DNA of 64,000 nucleotides from a plasmid: sequence record NZ_CP014527.1; one strand, 5' to 3'. Shown piece by piece: positions 1 to 7,900 of this stretch (position 1 is its first letter; each line of letters starts with the position of its first letter). The notes under the pieces were generated by a model. It saw only the letters and a program-made list of their open reading frames with translations, ran no database searches and was not told where the DNA came from. The position numbers and the translations under genes were made by a program.

Positions 1-888
1 CAAGGATGCCGAGTGGACATGGCGCCGGATATCATCAGAAAGGTCAAAGGCTCCCATTTTTGCATTGGCCTTCCTCTTTTTGACATCATCCATTGTCTTG
101 AAGAAGATATTCTTCTCGATCGTCTTGTCATAACCAAAGCCAAGACCGATATCCAGCGGCCCCCCGACGGGGGCATAGCGGAGCTGCCCACTCATGTGCT
201 GGTCACGCCCGTCATCGTACTTGTCCAATCCAGCAGGAATGTAGTCCGACTGTGCTGACCGATGGAAACCACGGGCGGTTATCGATGCGTACAAATGGTC
301 CTTGATCAAGGGGGAGGCTATATGCGCTTCACCTCCCTGCCTCAGTTTGGCAACCGTGGTCTTGACATAGCCGCTCACCGTATTACCCGGTTTCTTGGTC
401 ACAATGTTGATAACGCCGGCGTATGCATTCTTGCCGTACAAGGTGCCCTGGGGCCCCTTCAGAACCTCAATCCGCTCTACATTGGAAAGGCTTTGTTCCA
501 TCAACGACGCATCTTGGGGGACACCGTCCACATACACAACAACTGAAGGCGTGTAGTAATCAAGCGGAGCCAGTCCGCGCAGGGAAAGACCAGTATAGGC
601 GCTGTTTCCGTGTCGATCCGCAGAAAACCCCGGGATCACGCGGCCCAAGTCTGTCACGGAACGAACACCTGCGCTTTCCAGTTCCTCATGCGATAGAACG
701 GTAATGCCGCTGCTGACATCCTCTAGGGTAACAGAACGCTTGGCCGAAACCGTCACCGTTCCAAGACGGGCCGCTGCTGGGGCACCACCCTGCGCCGGAG
801 ATCCGGATATTTGGGCCCATGCATGAGAAGCAAAAACCAACGCCACAAGACTGCCGCAGCCCGGCAAGAAAACAGATCGAAATGTCAT
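1..888 (-). CDS. TonB-dependent outer-membrane siderophore receptor, N-terminal part (FyuA/Psn-like role). The gene continues past the left edge of the window.
   Basis: Hand translation of the minus strand from the ATG at 888..886 gives a signal peptide (MTFRSVFLPGCGSLVALVFASHAWAQ) followed by a classic plug domain (GITVLSHEELESAGVRSVTDLGRVIPGFS...VYVDGVPQ...IERIEVLKGPQGTLYGKNAYAGVINIVTKKP). The frame is open to position 1. It is missing from the ORF track because it has no stop within the window. Confidence 0.8.
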   Translation of the reverse strand, partial: MTFRSVFLPGCGSLVALVFASHAWAQISGSPAQGGAPAAARLGTVTVSAKRSVTLEDVSSGITVLSHEELESAGVRSVTDLGRVIPGFSADRHGNSAYTGLSLRGLAPLDYYTPSVVVYVDGVPQDASLMEQSLSNVERIEVLKGPQGTLYGKNAYAGVINIVTKKPGNTVSGYVKTTVAKLRQGGEAHIASPLIKDHLYASITARGFHRSAQSDYIPAGLDKYDDGRDQHMSGQLRYAPVGGPLDIGLGFGYDKTIEKNIFFKTMDDVKKRKANAKMGAFDLSDDIRRHVHSASL

Positions 889-987
889 GGATCACCTGAA
901 CGTGTAAAGACGCAACTGTTTATAGATGACGTACAATGTCGCACCGCCTCTGCTGCGATCCGACCAAAACTCGGTGTGATCAGGACT

Positions 988-1010
988 ATAATTGCAAATG
1001 ATTGTTATAT
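988..1010. promoter_or_regulatory. Fur-box-like site (ATAATTGCAAATGATTGTTATAT) in the promoter region of the TonB receptor gene
   Basis: AATGAT / TGTTAT hexamers similar to the Fur consensus, immediately upstream of the receptor start at 888. Confidence 0.3.
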
Positions 1011-1985
1011 GCGTCTGAATTCCCGTGGAGAAACGCCATGGTAACGGCGAAAGACCTTGGCAAAATGCGCCGGGCTTGAATAGCCAACGCTCAGGGCAAC
1101 ATCTGTAACGCTATCGGCGCAGTTTCGCAGAAGATCAGCGGCTGCCTGCATCCTATGCTTTTGTAAACATGCATAAACTGAAGATCCGAACTGACATCCA
1201 AATCCTTTCTTCAGCTTGTTCTCATTCAGACCAACAGCTGTTGCCAATTCACGAATAGACCACTCATAATCCAGCTGCGTGATCATTAGTCTGTGGGCTT
1301 CAGCTACCTTGCGACGATCACGAAGTGATAGAACCGTAGTCGGAACCGTTGCGCCGGTTACGGGCTGATCTTCCAAGCGCCTCAGGACATGCGCCAGAAT
1401 TTCAAGAGACCATGCTTCCTGCCATAAGCGATCACACCCACTCTCAATACCCTTACTCAGCATATCAGAAGCCAAATTACGAATAACGGAGGGCACAGGA
1501 AACTGCACCGGTAGTACACCTGATCGACATTGGCCGGACAAGCGTTCCAAATAGCCTGCCAAGGTGACGGATGTTGTCGACAAGAATGCCTCTACTGCGC
1601 GGGGAGGAAAGCGTAACTCAACCGCTGACACCTGCGTGTGGGATGGCACGCACAGCATCCCTTGAACCGGTTGATCCGCGTAAATCAGGGAACAAGATCC
1701 ATCAGAAAATTCTACATATTCGCCTTGGTCTGCCGTATCAAAGCGCACGGTCCCTGAGAGCGTGATACAAATAACAAAGACTGGCTCCAAGCAATGTTTC
1801 TGCTGCAAGCCCGTTTCAGAATAAAAGTCATACAGGCGCAAGGAACAACCGGAAAGTGTCAGGGAGCGACTAATCTGACCGATAAACCCGCACCGTTTGC
1901 CACCAAGCAAGGTTTGCCCAGACGCGGCAACAGACTCCTCCCCAGAAACAGAATAACCTGCCAAAACGTTGTTCCCACTTATCAT
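1005..1985 (-). CDS. AraC-family transcriptional regulator, YbtA/PchR-like siderophore regulator
   Basis: 326 aa with a C-terminal AraC-type HTH (...YEWSIRELATAVGLNENKLKKGFGCQFGSSVYACLQKHRMQAAADLL...SVGYSSPAHFAKVFRRYHGVSPREF). It lies between the receptor gene and the biosynthetic operon. Confidence 0.85.
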   Translation of the reverse strand: MISGNNVLAGYSVSGEESVAASGQTLLGGKRCGFIGQISRSLTLSGCSLRLYDFYSETGLQQKHCLEPVFVICITLSGTVRFDTADQGEYVEFSDGSCSLIYADQPVQGMLCVPSHTQVSAVELRFPPRAVEAFLSTTSVTLAGYLERLSGQCRSGVLPVQFPVPSVIRNLASDMLSKGIESGCDRLWQEAWSLEILAHVLRRLEDQPVTGATVPTTVLSLRDRRKVAEAHRLMITQLDYEWSIRELATAVGLNENKLKKGFGCQFGSSVYACLQKHRMQAAADLLRNCADSVTDVALSVGYSSPAHFAKVFRRYHGVSPREFRRI

Positions 1986-2041
1986 TATGACAGTCCGCCT
2001 AAAGGAGAAGCAGCAATTCCATAGGCGAGATCATAACCAGA

Positions 2042-2070
2042 ATTGATACTAACTATCAATATCATTATAG
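2042..2070. promoter_or_regulatory. Fur-box-like palindrome (ATTGATActaacTATCAATATCATTAT) between the AraC regulator start and the upstream operon end
   Basis: A perfect 7-bp inverted repeat with GATAnT triplets resembling the GATAATGATAATCATTATC consensus. The site is seen directly in the sequence. Function is inferred. Confidence 0.4.
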
Positions 2071-2114
2071 TGGTAACAAGGTCACAAAACAGTCATGACT
2101 TGTTTTAGATGCCG

Positions 2115-3818
2115 TTATTCGGCAGCTGTTTGCTGCATGATGTGTTCTCCACGGAGCAATGTTGCACCCAGATGCGTCAGCAGATGGCGACGGGGTTCCG
2201 GCTCCAGAAGATAGAAATGATCACCATCGAAGGTACGCAGGGAGAATGTATCTGTTGATACGTTGTTCCAATCTTGCATAACCGATACCGACACCTCGGG
2301 ATCACGGGATCCAACATAGGCTGTAAGCGGACTATCCAGAGCTGTCTTTCCATCGTAGCTGTACTGCTCGGTCAATCGGAAATCAGAACGCAGCACAGGT
2401 AAAAGCAAAGCAAGTAACTCCGGACTACTTTGCACTTCCATGGGCATACCACCCAAAGAGACCAGATTACGTTTCAGGCTCTCATCATCCATGCCATACC
2501 GGAAGGGAGGTTCTGAAGGATTTTGCGGAGGACGGCGCCCAGATACAAAGACATGGACAGGAGCATATCCCCGGGAGCGGCTCAGAAAGCTGGACAGCTC
2601 AAAAGCCAGAAGGGCTCCCAAACTGTGCCCGAAAAGAGCAAAAGGGCGGTCTAGAAAAGACTCCAGCGCTACAGCCATCTCCGGTATTAGTGTCTCCATT
2701 ACATCAATGGGAGGATCGGCAAAGCGCGTCCCCCGCCCTGGCAGCTCGACAGGACAAACCTCGATCCCTGCGGGGAGAAAACGTTCCCATCCCCGGTATA
2801 CTGATGCACTCCCACCAGACCACGGCAAGCAAAAAAGACGGATAGCCGCATCAGAACCGACGGGACGTGTCCACGGCAGCCAGCGGCTGACTTTTCCTGC
2901 TTGCTCACTGACCAGCACTCTTGTCTTGATCTGTGGTGTTTGCACGGTAAGCTGCTCATGGAAAAGATGATCACGCTGCTTCAGGGCACGCTGCATTTCA
3001 GGCGACAGGCCATCCATGACACGGCGGATCTTGCGATATCGCATAAGCCTGTACACAATTTGCCCTCTCTCCATTGCGCAGAAGAGGGGGCTTCCGGGAG
3101 CAGCCCTGTATGTATCAAGAAAATCTGACAGTACCGCCGGCATGTGATCCACACGCTTGAAAAGCTGCTGTTCCGTATCCCCCAACTGACGCCGGGCAGC
3201 TAGGACATTGGCCGTAACATCCCGGTCATCGATCAACTCCAGACCCAAGGCATCAAGGGCAGCAACCATAGCGGGGACGGAACCCGCAGGAAGGACATCA
3301 CCATATAAAAAAACACCATCCATCCGCAGAACACGAGCCACATGCCTTAAAAAGGCAGGCAGATCCGGATAAGCCCCCGCACTTTCGAGATTAACCAGAA
3401 CATCAACGCTGGCATCAGGTTGAGGCAAGCAACAGGCATCAGCGATCTGGAAGCGAATACCCTGCAAGACGGCAAGAGAACGGCAGAAGGCGATATTCTC
3501 GGGGCAAAGATCAAGTCCGGAAAGACGCCGCGGCGAACAACGTGCTGCCAGTACTGACAAAAGCCCCCCGCGCCCACAACCGACATCCAGAATAGTCCGC
3601 CCATCTAGGGGGGTATCAGCCAACAGCTCGTGAACCAAGCGAATATGACGTGCGTTGGTTTCATATTCTGCTTCGCGGGCTGTGGCGCAAGACTGGATCG
3701 GCTCATACCCCCAATTCAGAAAAAGAGCCTGCTCTGCCAGGAAAGGATCGTCAGAGAGCGCACGATCCAGAAGGGCATAAACAGAACGATTCTCGGACAG
3801 ACGGCATGATGTGCTCAT
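2115..3818 (-). CDS. Fusion protein with an N-terminal class I SAM-dependent methyltransferase and a C-terminal type II thioesterase (YbtT/GrsT-like)
   Basis: The N-terminus has a SAM-binding motif (ILDVGCGRGGLLSVLAARC ... DVLVNLESAGAYPD). The C-terminal half is an alpha/beta hydrolase with a GHSLGALLAFE nucleophile elbow and LFCLPWSGGSASVYRGW, typical of a TEII. The start overlaps the upstream gene (ATGA), indicating translational coupling. Confidence 0.75.
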   Translation of the reverse strand: MSTSCRLSENRSVYALLDRALSDDPFLAEQALFLNWGYEPIQSCATAREAEYETNARHIRLVHELLADTPLDGRTILDVGCGRGGLLSVLAARCSPRRLSGLDLCPENIAFCRSLAVLQGIRFQIADACCLPQPDASVDVLVNLESAGAYPDLPAFLRHVARVLRMDGVFLYGDVLPAGSVPAMVAALDALGLELIDDRDVTANVLAARRQLGDTEQQLFKRVDHMPAVLSDFLDTYRAAPGSPLFCAMERGQIVYRLMRYRKIRRVMDGLSPEMQRALKQRDHLFHEQLTVQTPQIKTRVLVSEQAGKVSRWLPWTRPVGSDAAIRLFCLPWSGGSASVYRGWERFLPAGIEVCPVELPGRGTRFADPPIDVMETLIPEMAVALESFLDRPFALFGHSLGALLAFELSSFLSRSRGYAPVHVFVSGRRPPQNPSEPPFRYGMDDESLKRNLVSLGGMPMEVQSSPELLALLLPVLRSDFRLTEQYSYDGKTALDSPLTAYVGSRDPEVSVSVMQDWNNVSTDTFSLRTFDGDHFYLLEPEPRRHLLTHLGATLLRGEHIMQQTAAE

Positions 3819-4963
3819 AACGTGACCTCCGGAATACGACGCCCCTCATCGACATACAGGAAGGGATCGGGGATGGGAGGAGGTGGTGGATCCAGCGACA
3901 CTTCACGCAATGGTCCCATCGCCTGCAGACAGGCCTGCCACGCGTGCCCCAGTGCAGCAGCATCGGCCAGAAGGCGCTGCTGCTGTGCCCGTTCAATTAC
4001 GTCCCGCAACTCTGACAGCGCTGACAGGATAATGCCCGGAAACACGTCCCGCATGGCATCAATCAGGGATGCTCCCTGCGGATCTCCAAGAACCAAGGCC
4101 GTAGGACAGGAAAAATGCCGCTGATCTTTCTTGTTGGTCCAGTTGCCAAGAACAGAGGCACTGGCATCATCCCGCACATAGTCCGGTACATAGAGGGAGT
4201 GAGACCAGACGACCGGACCAAAGCTGTTTACCAGCTCCACACGGGCTTCCCTAGATCCTGCGGCAATGTTGTGCATCACCATTGCGTGATGATCCAGATC
4301 ACGAGGGTCAACCCACCCCTGGAGATTCATGATCACAGGGACAGACCCAATCACAGCCCGGATGACATTGAATGGAGGAGGAGGCTTGTAATCCCGGCAG
4401 AAATCAGCAGGCCATGGCGGACAATCAAGAACCCGGAAACAACCCAGACCACCAAAGGCCCGCCCGAGCATATCAAGGGCTGAACACAAGAACTGTGGAC
4501 TTGTGGTTAGTGTAATATAATCGGGATCCCTTACCTGTCGCCAAGCCTGCAAGCAGTCAATAAAACGCCGCGCGGCTTGGCTATGCGGATAGAACGTATT
4601 GACGTGCCAGCATGCCCGGCCCGCAGTTGCCGCATCATCCAGACGAGAAAGATCCGATGGGTGGACGGGATGCTCCTGCAAAACATGGATGCCCCGACGT
4701 AGCAAGGATTCAGCTACCCGCGTTCCCGGTCCGCCAAAGGCTGTGGACCGCAGAACAACACAGGCAATATCGATAGTGTCCGGCACTTCATCTGTGGAGG
4801 TATAAAGGGGAACACCCAAATCACGGGACAAGGCCTGCGAGCGTTCACTGCCGCGTGCGAGAATGCCTGATAGAACAAAACCGGCATCTTCCTCCAGCAA
4901 GGCCGATAAATACGTCTCACCGAAACGGGTTCCACACACGAGAGTTCTCAACGGCCGGCTCAT
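3815..4963 (-). CDS. Thiazolinyl imide reductase (YbtU/PchG family)
   Basis: 382 aa with a strong motif-by-motif resemblance to YbtU (GTRFGETYLSAL...LSGILARGSERSQALSRDLGVPLYTSTDEVPDTIDIACVVLRST..GGPGT...LRRGIHVLQEHPVHPSDL...WHVNTFYPH). Confidence 0.75.
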   Translation of the reverse strand: MSRPLRTLVCGTRFGETYLSALLEEDAGFVLSGILARGSERSQALSRDLGVPLYTSTDEVPDTIDIACVVLRSTAFGGPGTRVAESLLRRGIHVLQEHPVHPSDLSRLDDAATAGRACWHVNTFYPHSQAARRFIDCLQAWRQVRDPDYITLTTSPQFLCSALDMLGRAFGGLGCFRVLDCPPWPADFCRDYKPPPPFNVIRAVIGSVPVIMNLQGWVDPRDLDHHAMVMHNIAAGSREARVELVNSFGPVVWSHSLYVPDYVRDDASASVLGNWTNKKDQRHFSCPTALVLGDPQGASLIDAMRDVFPGIILSALSELRDVIERAQQQRLLADAAALGHAWQACLQAMGPLREVSLDPPPPPIPDPFLYVDEGRRIPEVTL

Positions 4964-7900
4964 GGCACCTGCTCCATATCGGGAACAGGTGTTTGTTCCA
5001 CTGTCTCACCCTTATGCACCTGAAGCAGACGCTCCATATGCCCGGCCAGACCGGCAACCGTGGGATGATCAATGACAGCCTCGGGCGTAACCTTGATACC
5101 CAGTTCGATCTGGATTGTATGGCACAGGTCCAAGAACATAAGGGAATCCAGACCAAGCCGGATCAGGTTCTCGTCCTCGGAGAACCGCTCAAGCGGCAGA
5201 TTCAGCAAGGTAGAAAGTCTCTGGCGCAACCATATCAGTGCATCTGTTTTCTCGGACGCTATGACATCCGGCTTGGTATCGTCCGGAACCAGTGCGGTTA
5301 CGTGGGGCGAAACAAGAGCGGACAGATGGGCTGGAACCCGTGAGGTTTCTGCATGGTTAGCAACCTTGTTCCAGTCTGCCGCCATAGCAGCATAGACTGG
5401 GGCCGGACAAGCAAGTGTAGACTCCAACAAGTCAAGCGCCATCGCGGAAGACATTCCCAACATTCCGGATCGCTCCATTGTCTGTGCCAGAGCTTCCCGG
5501 TCTTCCTTCCGGATATCTCCCCAGAATCCCCAGGATATCGCTGTCGTAGGCTGTCCAAGCGCGGTCTGGCGCGAAGCCAGTCGTTCCAGAATGGCATTGG
5601 CCATGGCATGGGCCGCCTGCCCTGCCGGTCCCAGAACAGTTGCCGCAGAAGAGAAGTAAACAGTCTGACGGGGAATCAGCCGCCCGGAGAGCTTGCACAG
5701 AGCCAAGGCCCCACGAACTTTGGGGTGCAGAACTTTCTCCAAGATATCCCATGTCAGGGCTGCGACAGGAGAATCATGCAGAACACCGGCCAAATGCAAG
5801 AGAACACCAATCTGTTGACCTTCGGGCACAGCCCTGTCCAGCGCCTTGGACAGAACCTCGGGATGACCAGCATCGGCAACTGCCGTTGTGACGTTTATGC
5901 CCCCTTCCCTCAGTGCTCTCAGGGCCGGTGCCAAACCGGAGCCTGGCTTGTTACGCCCGACAAGAACAATATCCTTGTAACCCCTCTGGCCCAGCCGCTC
6001 GGCGACGGTCAAGCCCGTCTCGGAAATGCCGCCAATCAGGACCGCCACATCCCCGGAAACCGGTTGAAGGGGTTGTATTGCGGCAGCAACAGGCTCCAGC
6101 TTTTCGGCCAGAATACGACCCTCGCGCAGGGCAAAGTGCCCACCCCGGCAAGAGCGCAAGGCCTGATTCAGCAGGGCAATATCATCCCCCGCAGGATCAC
6201 GATCCACAAGCGTCAGGGTAACAGATGGATATTCGGTCGCCATAACCCGCAACAACCCTGTCAAGGCTGCCTGCATGCTGTCCCCGGACACTGCGTCTGT
6301 TGATGTAACGCTCAAGGCACCACGTGTCAGAAGAGTTACGGCAACCGCTCCGTTTTCCTTTCGGGCAGAGACAACACGATCCCGCAGGTCAAGAGCTGAC
6401 GCGACAAGACCCGCAAACGGATCATCATCGGATATAGGGCATGGCACCATGACAGGAGCTTGGTCAAGCTCTGACAAACCATCTGCTGAACCTACACACA
6501 AAAGAAGATCTGGCAGTGCCCCTGAATGATCAAGATCTTGCATGGGAACAGGACACAGACGGTACAGATATCCTTCTGTACGGGGCCGATCGTCGTGGTG
6601 AAGGCCAAACCATTCGAGTACAGGGCAACCGGCTGTATCAAGGCCGACCCCATGCCCCCCATGGTCAAGAATACGCATAACAGAACCGGGACGGCGTTGC
6701 AGGCGTTGGATATGGATGCGACCGTCCACAATACCTGGGCAGATCATGTCTGCCATCCGCCCGGACAGATCCTTGGGCTGACCACCCTCCGGTATTTGAA
6801 TAGTCCCAGCGGTTCCAACACGAGCATACCCAACCCGGCTGGTCCCACAGCGCGAAAGCAAGATAATCTCCTTACCGGAAACATGCCCCTGTACCGGGCA
6901 AGGCAGGGCATGCAGATCCAAGGAAATATCTTCCAAGGCAAGGGTTGGAAGACCAACTTGCCCTGCGGTATCCCACAGTGTTTCGATCAAATCACCGGCC
7001 GATACAGCCCGGGAGGTTTCGCCGGAATCAGCGATTGCTGGTGTATGCGACAGGACGGCAGGCTGTCCTGGCATACGACACAACAAAACATGCTCGTGCA
7101 GGGCATCAGCCAGCACACTGCCCTCAGGGACAGCATCCAACACAGCAAAGCCGGCAGACAAGGCCGCAGCTCGCCAGCGTTCCACAGATGCAAAGACATT
7201 ACCATCCCGGCTGTCGATATCATCCAGATTGGGAACAAGGGGACCAAAAACAAAGTCAAATAGCTTACGGTGCTGTGTGATTTCACGCATAATCACCACA
7301 CCACCGGGGCGCAGGCAACCTGCCAGACGCTTCATCAAGGCATCCAAGTCCGACGCGTTGTGCAGCACATTAGCAGCAATGACAAGATCAAGGCTCTGTG
7401 CCGGAATGCCTTGGGCGTGCGGGTCCTTCTCCATATCAAAGGGGCGGTAGTCCATGAAGGGAAAAGCCGCAAACGTCGTACGTGCACGTGACAAGAACAA
7501 AGAACCAAGATCCGTGAAGATATAGCGCTCTACACGGTCAGTTGGCAGGGCATGGACAACATCCCACGTTGTTCCCCCTGTCCCGGCTCCTATTTCCAGA
7601 ATAGACAAGGGGGTAGTACGCTTGACAGCCAGCGCTGCAACGGCCTTGGCCACAATTGCGTTTAACAGACGGGATTGGGCGCTGTGCCGATACATGGCGG
7701 CCACATCATCCGATGACCCATCGGGGAAAATGACCGAAACAGGATCAACCCGCCCGGACAACATATCTGCAAAAGCCGTCCCACCCCGCTTGATCACAGC
7801 CGCAAGTCGTTCATCACCTCTCTGCCGCAGGGCATCAAGAGCGGGAATGGTCTGATCCGGAGACAATGGTGTAAAGCCCGTATAAATCTTGCCTTCCTTG

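Noticed and set aside
5353-6303. 316-aa plus-strand ORF inside the PKS gene. There are many similar 60-260 aa ORFs across 4.9-27.1 kb, for example 8980..9762, 13422..14108, 22527..23099 and 25439..26236.
   Set aside because: These are antisense or off-frame shadows of the very long minus-strand NRPS/PKS genes, which are unambiguous by domain content. Their translations are low-complexity and Arg/Pro/Gly-rich, as expected for high-GC non-coding frames.
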